DNA from: Chiloscyllium plagiosum
Lineage: Eukaryota
DNA: 31,264 nt
Direction of reading: 5' to 3'
Assembly (NCBI RefSeq): GCF_004010195.1
Contig: NC_057718.1
Coordinates: 1,470,346-1,501,609, forward strand
Shown here: one piece after another, positions 1 to 9,432 of the stretch
How the letters are laid out: each line of letters starts with the position of its first letter
Numbering within the stretch: position 1 is the stretch's first letter
Translations under genes and position numbers: made by a program
Notes under the pieces: generated by a model
Database searches by the model: none
The model's input: the letters and a program-made list of their open reading frames with translations, nothing else
What the model was told of the DNA's origin: nothing

Positions 1-88
1 ATGAGAGACTATGAGCGAATGAGGAAGTTAAGAGGCAGCTGTCAGCAGGACAGAGATTTCAAAATACTTGTTATGTTTAAATACTTAC

Positions 89-506
89 CATTTCCAACAT
101 GGTGGTCAGCGATTCCACAGCAGTCCATGAGAAATACAACTATGTATGCTCATTGGCATTCCAATAAATCTGAGGGTTGAGTTTCACTTGACAAAGAAGA
201 AAGCACTTTTAAAAAGGATGAAAAGCAAGAAACCACAGCGCTGATCTTTCTCGATGTCTGCAATGCTGCTATTGTACTGTCTGTCAGAAGGAGATTTCTG
301 GATTCAACAGAGCAAGGAGCAGAGCTTTATATTTCCAGCCTTCTCCCTCCGCCTTCTTCTTTCTCCCTTCAAGGGCGTTATGATACCAGTGACACACTTA
401 GACCAATTTCCAATCCTTTCACTCTCATAGATGCACAAATAATAGCTTTCAGTGCTCTATGGAAACGTAAGATGCATCACAATCTTTCAGTGACACAAAC
501 TCCAAT
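89..506 (-). other. Putative exon of a minus-strand host gene: long 5' UTR plus first coding bases (candidate EFR3B by synteny and intron phase)
   Basis: On the minus strand, a branch-point-like CTAAT and TGTTGTTGTTCCAG acceptor (AG at 508-507) and a consensus donor TG|GTAAGTAT (GT at 88-87) bound non-repetitive sequence. ATG at 128 gives MDCCGIADHHVGN+G (phase 1) with an in-frame upstream stop; an alternative ATG at 100 gives MLEM (phase 0). Gene identity is inference only. Confidence 0.5.
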
Positions 507-1076
507 CTGGAACAACAACAATTAGTTTTTAACCATTTAATTTTACATCAGAGATTGTGAAGTATAGACAGTACTGATTCAATTAAATGTAAAATAACTA
601 AGCAACTCAACATATACACAATAAAACAGTCTCCACTGCTGCACCATTTAAGTGTAAGTTATCAATCAATAACTTTAAAGGAAAAACAACAAAATAAAGC
701 AATGATTAACCAATTCAGTCCTTCCAATTTCTCACTTCTTGCCAAAACGTTATTTATAAATAATGTATGATCAGAACCATACCTGATCTATGGTTCTACA
801 GGGGGAGCTATTGATCTAAGAAACTCACTGAATACAACATTAATTTGAAGTCAGCTTCTATACTGTAAAAAGGTAAAGTTCTATGCATGAAATCCCAATG
901 TCAGCAGGCCAGAATCTGTGATTACAAATGAATTGAAGGAATGATTTTTAACTTGTATGTTTTACTCCTCACAGATATGCAGCAGGCCTAATGCATGCTT
1001 GCAAAAAGAGAATATACAGATGAAAATGGGAGATTTCACAATGGAATGTGCACATAAAGCAAGGGTAACATCCCAA

Positions 1077-1838
1077 TTAGATAAATGTGAGGTGCTGCAG
1101 TTTGGAAAGGCAAGTCAGGGCAGGATTTACACACTTAATGGAAAGATGCTGGGGAGTATTGCTGAACAAACAGACCTGGGAGTGCAGGTTCATAGTGCCT
1201 TGAAAGTGGAATCCCAGGTAGACAGGATAGCGAAGAAGGCATTTGGTATGCTTGCCTTTATTGGTCAGTGCATTGAGTATATAAGCTGGGAGGTCATGTT
1301 GCAACCTTACAGGACATTGGTTCAGCCCCTTTTGAAATACAGTGTTCAATTCTGGTCTCTCTGCTATAAAAAGGATGTTATGAAACTTGAAAGGGTTCGG
1401 AAAATATTTACAAGGATGTTGTTAGGATTAGAGGGTTTGAGCTATAGGGAGAGGCTGAATAGGCTGGGGTTATTTTCCCTGGAGTGTCAGAGATTGAAGA
1501 GTGACCTTACAGTGGTTTGTAAAATCACGAAGAGCATGGATAGCGTGAATTGCCATGGCCTTTTCCATGGGTTGGGGGAGTCCAAAACTAGAGGGAACTT
1601 GTTTAAGGTGAGAGGGGAAAGACTTAAAGAGGACCTAAGGGGCAACTTTTTCATGCAGAGGATGGTACAAGTATGGAATGGGCTGCCAGAGGAACTTCCT
1701 ATTCATATAACATTTAGAGGGATATGGGCCACATGCTGGCAAATTCAACTAGATCTACTTAGGATATATGGTAGGCATGGACGAGTTTGACCAAAGAGTT
1801 TGTTTCCACGCTATACAGCTCTATGGCTCTATGACTCC
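1077..1838 (+). mobile_element. 5'-truncated CR1 LINE (ORF2 RT C-terminus plus 3' tail)
   Basis: ORF 957-1790 contains KCEVLQFGK, DLGVQVH, YRTLVQPLLKYSVQFWS, LERVRKIFTRM, LSYRERLNRLGLFSLE and NFFMQRMVQVWNGLP; it ends in a CTCTATG-type tail. Confidence 0.92.
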
Positions 1839-2044
1839 CAGCTAAAATCAGGCAGGAGCAGAAGGGACATACACTTTCCCTTGCAATGATTGGAAGAAAT
1901 CTGCTGTTTTCATCAAGAAGAAATGGTGGGATGTAGGCAAGGAGGTGAGCAGCTGGAGGATTGGCTAGAAATCATGCGCACTTATCAAAGAGAAGTACAT
2001 ATTATCGGATAAGGCTAGAGGTTACAAAAACAATAGAAGGACAA

Positions 2045-2420
2045 AATTAAAGGATACGTTTCTGAATGCATTCAGAATAAAACAAATTAGCTGACAGCGC
2101 AAATACAAATAATTACATCCAGTATGACTACAGCATGACAGATTGATAGATTGGGACCTATATATTGTTAGGTGTGGGATATTTAGGAACACAGCAAGCT
2201 AAGATTATTGATGGTATTAGCACAATAAAAATGGATGACTAAAGTTCAGGAACCAAGGAATAAAGCATCTGGGTAGAGATGAGAAATAATAGAGACAAAA
2301 AGTCACTCATGGAAAAGATATACAGACTCCCTAACAGTAACCACAATGGAATATTAAGGAAACAATAATGGAGGTTCTCATAACGGTACAGCAGGAATCA
2401 TGGGAGACTTTAATCTTCCT
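2045..2420 (+). mobile_element. Decayed CR1 ORF2 endonuclease fragment
   Basis: Manual translation gives WVEMRNNRDKKSLM, YRLPNS and IMGDFNL (APE endonuclease GDFN motif), with frameshifts. Confidence 0.7.
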
Positions 2421-2631
2421 ATGGGAGATTTGCTTGTGTGGTTCGGTAGAGTTTAAACTAGTTNNNNGGTGCAAACTAGAGCTACACATCTGAGAGGGGG
2501 GTAATTGTAGGTGGGGCAGTGACAGGATGTAGTGAATCTATCGGGATGCATTATCATGTGATGAAACAAAGGGATTGGTTAAAGCAGGTCTGCTTTAATG
2601 CAAGGAGTGTCAGAAATCAGCGTGATGAACT

Positions 2632-2653
2632 TTAGATTAGATTAGATTAGATT
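2632..2653 (+). repeat. (TTAGA)n microsatellite
   Basis: ttagattagattagattagatt read directly. Confidence 0.85.
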
Positions 2654-2775
2654 TGTTTGTTTGACCAGCAGCATCTCTCCTTGAATATCCACTATACACC
2701 TGCTTAAAACAACAAGCAAAGTTAGGGTCTGATCTATTTCTTGAAATATTTTGAGGGAGTCTGGCCTGGTCATTA
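2654..2775. mobile_element. LTR fragment, inverted relative to the copy at 19977
   Basis: Its reverse complement (ccagactccctcaaaatattt...ctaactttgcttgttgttttaagcaggtgta) aligns by eye to 19990-20070. Confidence 0.75.
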
Positions 2776-3170
2776 ATACTTTATCTAATACCCATTCAAT
2801 TTTATAAACCTCCATAAGATCACCCCTCAGCCTCCTATACTCCGAGCGAAAAAACCTATTCAGCCTCTTCTCATAACTCAAACCTTCCAGTGTAATAACC
2901 GTCCTTGTAAACCTTTTTTGCACCTTACCAGTTTAATAACATTCTTCCTATAGCAGGGCAACCAGACTTATATGCATGGGGCCTTATCAATATCTCATGC
3001 AGCTATAACATATTATCCCAACTCTTGTACTCAATTCTCTGACTGATAAAGGCAAGCGTGCCAAATGCCTTCTTTACCACCTTGTTAATCTGTGATGCCA
3101 CTTTCAAGGAACAATATACGTGTATCTTTAGGTCTCTCTGTTAGACAGCACTCCACAAGGTCTGTATTTA
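2776..3170 (-). mobile_element. CR1 LINE RT C-terminal fragment
   Basis: ORF 2642-2923(-): QKRFTR...LEGLSYEKRLNR...RRLRGDLMEVYKI. Confidence 0.85.
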
Positions 3171-3660
3171 TCTAAATTAAACTCCATTGCTGAAATGCTG
3201 AGTTTCTCTAGCAATTTCTGTTTTTGTGTTATGGAGGGACATAGATGGGTTAAATGAGGGGGTAAAGATCAGGTAAATGGACTATACTATGGGAAAATGT
3301 TAAATTGTCCATTTTGTCAGGAACAATAAGAATGAAGCATATTCCCTAAATGGTGAGAGACTGCAAAGCTCTATGAAGCAGAGGGATTGGAGTGTCCTAA
3401 TGCATGAGCCACAAAAACTCTCATATCCAGGGTAGAACAAGTAATAGGAAAGCCAATAGAATGTTCCAATTTATTGCAAAAAAATTTGAATAGAATGCAG
3501 GGAGGTTATGCTTCAATTGAACAGGGCATTGATCAGACCACATTTGGAGCACTGGGTACAGTGTTGGTTTCCTTACTTATGGAAAGATGTAAATACATTG
3601 GAAGCAGTTTAGAAAAGGGTTACAAAATTAATAGCTAGAATAGGCAGGTTATCCCATGAG

Positions 3661-4221
3661 TTAAGAATGTGTTGCTGGAAAAGCACAGCAGGTCAGGCAG
3701 CTTCTGAGGAGCTGGAAAATCAATGTTTCGGGCCAGACCCCTTCATCAGGAATGAGAGTTTCCATTCTTTTCCAGCAACACACTCTCAACTCTGATCCTC
3801 AGATGCTGCCTGACCTGCTGTGCTTTTCCAGCAACATATTCTCAACTCTGACTCCTCGGATGCTGCCTGACCTGCTGTACTTTTCCAGCAACACACTCTC
3901 AACTCTAACTCCTCAGATGCTGCCTGATCTGCTGTACTTTTCCAGTAACACACTTTCAATTCTGATCCTCGGATGCTGCCTGATCTGCTGTGCTTTTCCA
4001 GCAACATATTCTCAACTCTGATCCTCGGATGCTGCCTGACCTGCTGTGCTTTTCCCGCAACACACTTACAACTCTGATCCTCAGATGCTGCCTGACGTGC
4101 TGTGCTTTTCCAGCAACACATTCTCAACTCTGACTCCTCGGATGCTGCCTGATCTGCTGTGCTTTTCCAGCAACACACTCTCAACTCTGATCTCCAGCAT
4201 CTGCAGAGTTCACTGTCTCCT
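3661..4221. mobile_element. Penelope-type (pLTR-derived) inverted element with internal tandem expansion
   Basis: Flanked by a 15-bp duplication aggttatcc(c/a)atgag (3646-3660 / 4222-4236). The left arm gtgttgctggaaaagcacagcaggtcaggcagc is the reverse complement of the downstream units, and a CTGATGA..GAAA motif lies on the minus strand. Confidence 0.7.
3766..4192 (+). repeat. 56/57-bp tandem repeat, about 7.5 copies
   Basis: Unit is approximately ttttccagcaacacactctcaactctgatcctcagatgctgcctgacctgctgtgc; gatgctgcc occurs 7 times; the ORF track shows 19-aa periodicity. Confidence 0.92.
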
Positions 4222-4599
4222 AGGTTATCCAATGAGGAAAGATTAGGCAGGATAGGCTTCTATCCACTGGAGTTTAGATGGGTAACATATAATCTGATTG
4301 AAATTTGCAAAATCCTGAGGATTCTTGACAGGGGACATGTGGAAAGGATGATTTTCTCATGTGGGAGAATCTAGAACTAAGGTCACCGTTTCAATATATG
4401 TAGGTGCCCACTTAAGAAAAAGATGAGAATTTCTTTCTCACAGAACTATGAGTCTCTTGAACTCTTTCTGGGAAGAAAAAGTGAAAAAACACACAACACT
4501 GCTTAGAAATTAATGTACTGTTTGTGCTGGAGCTCCACTTAGAAGAACAGTATACAATGAGTTGGTTCAGTATCAGGGGTTAAGGAGATAACGTGTAAT

Positions 4600-4915
4600 A
4601 ATGCACTACATTAATTATGGGTGATTTTAATCTTCATGCAGATTGGCAAAATCAAATTGGCAGACGTATTCATGAGGAAGAATTCATCGAATGTATTTGG
4701 GATAGTTTCCTGAAATAATATGTTGTGTATCCAATCAGGGATCAGGTGATTTTGGATCTGGTATTGTATAATGAGGTTCAATAAATGAACTTTGAGTAAG
4801 AGAAAGCTCATAATGACCTATACATTGTAGAATTTAGCATTCACGTTGAAAGTGAGAAAGTTGAAGCAGAGAAAAACTGTGCTAAACTTAAATAAGGGTA
4901 ATGAGGGCAGAGATA
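4600..4915 (+). mobile_element. Older CR1 endonuclease fragment, probably continuing at about 6945-7740
   Basis: IMGDFNL at about 4615 and HEEEFIECIWDSFL; CR1 linker/RT-start-like sequence resumes after 6945 (KSFFKYL, ICLIQKG). Confidence 0.6.
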
Positions 4916-4924
4916 CTTGGAAGT

Positions 4925-6938
4925 GTAAGGTAAAATAGAGCAAAGTCAGCATGGTTTCATCAAGGGAAAGTCATGCCTGACAGATCTGCTATAATGTTTT
5001 GAGGAAGTAATGAGCAGGTGAGACAAAGGACAGCCAATGGATGTTAGCTTCTTGGACTTCAAGAACGCCTTTGACAAGGTGCCACACAGGAGGCTACTGA
5101 GTATGATGAGGGTCCATGGTGTCAGAGGCAAGGTGCTAGCATGGATAGAAGCTTGACTGTCTAGCAAAAAACAGAGAATGGGGATAAAAAGGTCTTTCTC
5201 AGGATGACCAAGTGGTGCTCCACAAGGCTCAATGTTGGGACCACAACTTTTTATTTTATTCATTAATGATCTGGATGAAGGAACTGAGGGTACTCTGGCA
5301 AAGTTTGCAGATGAAACAAAGATATGTAGAGGGACAGGTAGCATTGAAGAGGCAGGAAGACTGTTGAAGGATTTGGACAGGTTACGAGAGTGGACAAAGA
5401 AGTGGCAGATGGAGTACAATATGGGAAAGTGTAAGGTCACGCACTTTGGTAGGCATGGACTATTTTCTATATGGGGAGAAAATTCAGAAGTCTGAAATGC
5501 AAAAAGACTTGGAAATTCTAGTCCAGAATTCTCTCAATGTAAACTTGCAGGTTGAGTCAGTAGTGAGGAAGGCAAATGTAATGTTGGCATTTATTTTGAC
5601 AGAAGTTGAATATAAAAGAAGGGATGTACTTCCGAGACTCTATTAAGGCTCTGGTAACACCACATTTGGAGTATCATGCGCGGTTTTGGGCCCCGTATCT
5701 CAGGAAGGATGTACTGGCCCTGGAGCATGTTCAGAGGAAGTTCACGAGAATGGTCCCAGAAATGAAAAGCTTAACATATGGGGAATGTTTGAGGACTCTG
5801 GATTTACACTCAATGGTGTTTAGAGGGGGGATCTAATTGAAACATACAGAATACTGAATTGCCTGGACAGAGTAGATGCTGGGAAGAGATTTCCACTGGT
5901 AGGAGAGACTAGGACCTGAGGGAATAGCCTTAGAGAAAAGGAAGACTTTCAGAACAGAGATAAGGAGAAATATCTTCAGCCAGAGAATCTATGGAATCTA
6001 TGGAATTCATTGCCACAGAAGGCTGTGGATGTCAGGTCGTTGAGTATATTTAAGACTGAGATAGATGGGTTCTTGAGTATTTTTATGTCATGGGGTAAAC
6101 TCTCCTGCTTAATTTAAACCAGCAGCATAGAAAAGATTTATTCCCACGCATTAATCTGAAAATTCGAGAGGCCAAGGACTATTTAAAGTAAAAATTAACA
6201 ATTTTATTTCTTAAAGTATAACAGGGAATAGTTAGCTAACAACTATTTACAACTCCTTCCTCTAACCTATCTTTTACTTTCCTTTCAATAATAATAGTCC
6301 GATTAAACCCCTGATTAAGATTTATCAAAAAATTAAATTTTCAAAACCAGCTAGATGTCAAATCTTCTCTTTATATCTTCCACAGTCTTCTTTTCTTCTT
6401 CTTAGAGATTTCTGTTTCACAGGTTACTGATCGGTAAAGGTATCCTTAAGAGAGCTATTCTCCAGGCAGTCTGCAGAGGCCGGTGGCTTGGTAATTCTCC
6501 TCCCAATTGTTCACTTTTCCCCGGTCTTATACCCCCAAGCATCAGATTGTGTCACTGGCTTTTAAGATTGTCAATGTACTAAATTCAGATTGATTTGAGT
6601 TTGGCATGTTTTGGGGTATAACTTAAACTGATTGGCCTAATTCGAATTTGTTTTGTCATTTCCAAGCAACCAGCTACCCTAGCTACTAGATCAAAAGGCT
6701 ACGTTATATCTTGTTCAGAAGAGTTGGTGCTGTCAGGTAGTTCTGCTAGCTTTTAACTCTCTTAAAGGTACAGCACACCCACACATTCATAACAGTATCA
6801 AAGGGATCAAAGGTTACAGGCATAAAGCGGGAGAATTAGGTTGAAAAACTTACCAGCCATAATTGAATGGCAGAGTAGACTCCATGGGCTGAATAGCTGA
6901 ATTTCTGTTCCTATGTCTTATAGACTTGTGGTCTTATA
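4925..6938 (+). mobile_element. CR1 LINE (RT through 3' tail), disrupted, with a solo LTR in its 3' end
   Basis: QHGFIKGKSCLT, LDFKNAFDKVPH, PQGSMLGPQLFILFINDLDEG, KFADETK, PHLEYHARFWAPYLRKD; internal stops and frameshifts; tail tatgtcttat...gtcttatag. Confidence 0.92.
6086..6794 (-). mobile_element. Solo LTR (about 710 bp)
   Basis: TGTCAT...ATAACA termini; it splits the CR1 3' end; its reverse complement begins tgttatgaa...ctgtacctttaagagag like the LTR at 20431; TATA-like ggggtataa on the minus strand. Confidence 0.85.
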
Positions 6939-7300
6939 GTTTCCCACAGTAGATTGGGAAAGGAGAAAATAAGGTTGATGAACATTTGTCAGATGTTTAA
7001 AAAAAGTCAATGACTCGAAGCATGCCAGTGAGAAAGAAAGATACTCAGATGGGGATAAACTGACACAATAGTTAACCGGTGAAATTAAATATCAAATTGA
7101 GGAATGTTTTGATAGCCAACAAAAGATTACCAAAAAATAAAGAAGAGGAGGATAATAAACTGAGGAAAAACTAGAAAGTAACATAAAAACAGACAGATAG
7201 CAAGAGCTTCTTTAAATATTTATAAAGGATGAGAGAGGCAGCAGTGAACATAGGTCCCTTAAAGAACAAGACTGAGGAAATATAATAGAAAACAGGAAAT

Positions 7301-7406
7301 GCTGTGGTTCTGCACAGCAGAAACGTTTGCAACAAAAACTTCCAACTCGGCGAACAGAACCACAGCAACGAGCACCCGAGCTACAAATCTTCGCACAAAC
7401 TTTGAA
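7301..7406. mobile_element. Short inverted-repeat insertion (second Penelope-type family, truncated)
   Basis: gctgtggttctg / cagaaccacagc inverted pair; caggaaatg is duplicated on both sides within CR1 sequence. Confidence 0.55.
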
Positions 7407-8350
7407 AGCAGGAAATGGCAGAAGAGGGGGACCAAACATTTTGCACTAGTCTTCACATTCAAGGATAATAACAGCACTCCAAAAATAATAAATAATCTAG
7501 GGGCTAAAAGGAAGGAGGGAATAAACACAATGTCATGAGGGAAATTAATGGGGTTAAAGGTTACAAAGACCTGATATGTCAATTTTGGGATTTTAAGGGA
7601 AGTAGCTGCAGATATAGTGGATATGGTGGATACATTGGTAGGAATCTTCTGAGAACTCTTAGATTCTGGAAAAGTCCCAGGGAATTAGAAAATTGCCAAT
7701 GTATTTGCCTTATTCAAAAAGGAAGGGAGACAGATTACAGGTAACTGTTTAAAAACTCCGTCCGGGTATCCATTGATTTGCTCCCTTTGTACCTGTTAAT
7801 CACCTTTTTTCTTTCTGATTGAGTCCTGAATACTTTGGAGATCCAGAATTACCTGAGCTTGTTGTTCCTATATTTCACTCTAAAGGGTCTTCACTCTTCC
7901 TAGTTCCATTCTGAATGCTCCTCTACATGCCCCTCTTCAACAGATTTACCCAAAGGTCACTATTCCCAGTCACCGTCGGCCAGATCCTGCATTTGTTTTA
8001 ATAAAACAAAAAATCCTGGGAATCACAGCAAGTCAGGCAGCATCCAGGGAGAGAGAGAGAGAGAGAGCAAGTTAATGTTTTGAGTCAAGATGTCTCTTCA
8101 TTCGAGCTGACGTAAGTGTGCAGGGGCAGCATTTATGCAATGGTGGGGGGGTGGAGTGCTGGGAGAAGAAAGAGTGTTGATAGAGTTGATTAAATGATAG
8201 AAATGTGAGAAAGGCAGGACAATTGTTTTTACACACCTCAGTGAATTGATTACAGACTTATTCGCCTATTGATCGATAATTGTTGGGAGTCTACAATACA
8301 CTTGCAGCAATGTAACTGTTCCATTTTATTCCTAAACAGTACCCACAAAG

Positions 8351-8678
8351 GGGCAGCCTGGCATCTCATTGGTTAGCACTGCTGCCTCACAGCGCCAGGC
8401 ACTCGGTTTCGATTCCAGCTTCGGGCGACTGTCTGTGTGGTTTGCATGTTCTCCCTGCATCTGCGTGGATTTCTTCCCACAACCCAAAGATGTGCGGGTT
8501 AAGTGCACTGACCATGCAAAATTGCCCACAGTGTTCAGGATTGTGTAGGTTAAGTGCTTAGTCAGGGGTAAATTTAGGATAGGGGAATGGGTCTGGGTGG
8601 GTTACTCTTCAGAGGGTCGGTGTGGATTTGTTTTTGGGCTGAAGGGCCTGTTTCCACACTGTAGGGACTCTATGATTC
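8351..8678 (+). mobile_element. tRNA-derived V-SINE (HE1-like), near full length
   Basis: tRNA head with A box (cattggttagc) and B box (ggtttcgattcca); V-domain-like tgtgtggtttgcatgttctccc; CR1-like tail gggcctgtttccacactgtagggactctatg. Confidence 0.88.
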
Positions 8679-9243
8679 GAAAGCCTCTTTTAGAGATTCT
8701 TCTAAGATATCATACCTCATTACTGCAGGAGCTGACTCCTTTATTAATAACCGAACACCACCTTCTCTCTGATATCCTCCCCTGTACACCTGCAGATTTT
8801 ATACTGCAGAATGTTGAGTTGCCACTCCTGCCCCTCCCTCAATCATGTCTCTATGATAACAACAACATTTAATTCAATGTGACAAGCCATGCCCTTAACA
8901 CACCTTGTCTTACCTGCAATATATCTAGCATTAAAGGAGAGGTCAGCCAGCTTCACGTTACTTTCTTGAAACACATGGCTGAACTCGCTCAGCCTTTATT
9001 CCTTGACTAAAGTGGTTCAGTATCCCTTTGTACTAACACTCTGTGTCTCCTTGCCTGGTGAACTACTTTAAATTCTGATTAAGAGCACTGGCAAATCTAC
9101 CCACAAGAACGGTTCAGGTGCAGACCATCTTGCTTGTCCAGATTCTATCTTCCCCAGAAATGGTCCCAGTGATCCTGAAATTGCTGAAAAAATACAGCAA
9201 GTCTGATAGTACATGTGGAGAGAAGGCAGAGTTGATGTTTTTT

Positions 9244-9432
9244 TTAGATTACATTACAGTGTGGAAACAGGCCCTTCAGCCCAACAAGTCCACACCGACC
9301 CGCCGAAGCGCAACCCACCCATACCCCTACACTTACCCCTTACCTAACACTACGGGCAATTTGGCATGGCCAATTCACCTGACCTGCACATCTTTGGACT
9401 GTGGGAGGAAACCGGAGCACCCGGAGGAAACC
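9244..9432 (-). mobile_element. HE1-like SINE, 3' half only, cut off by the 32-bp array
   Basis: cagtgtggaaacaggcccttcagccca...gggcaatttggcatggccaattcacctgacctgcacatctttgga is the reverse complement of the 8351 SINE's 3' half; the tRNA head is absent. Confidence 0.88.

Larger units (their letters stand above)
3230..4470 (+). mobile_element. Decayed CR1 LINE 3' part, interrupted by a Penelope-type insertion
   Basis: LIRPHLEHWVQCWFPYLWKDVNTLEAV lies before the insertion and EERLGRIGFYPLEFR...NLIEICKILRILDR after it. Confidence 0.8.

Noticed and set aside
89..100. MITF-M first exon (ATG TTG GAA ATG = MLEM in a good Kozak context)
   Set aside because: MITF exon 1M continues LEYNHYQ before its donor; here the donor follows MLEM directly, so a four-residue match is insufficient.
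773..797. 9-bp inverted repeat AGAACCATA/TATGGTTCT
   Set aside because: Too short to exceed chance expectation in 31 kb and has no supporting context.
957..1790. 277-aa host gene or domesticated RT
   Set aside because: It is a 5'-truncated CR1 RT tail lacking the catalytic core, fused by chance to upstream sequence.
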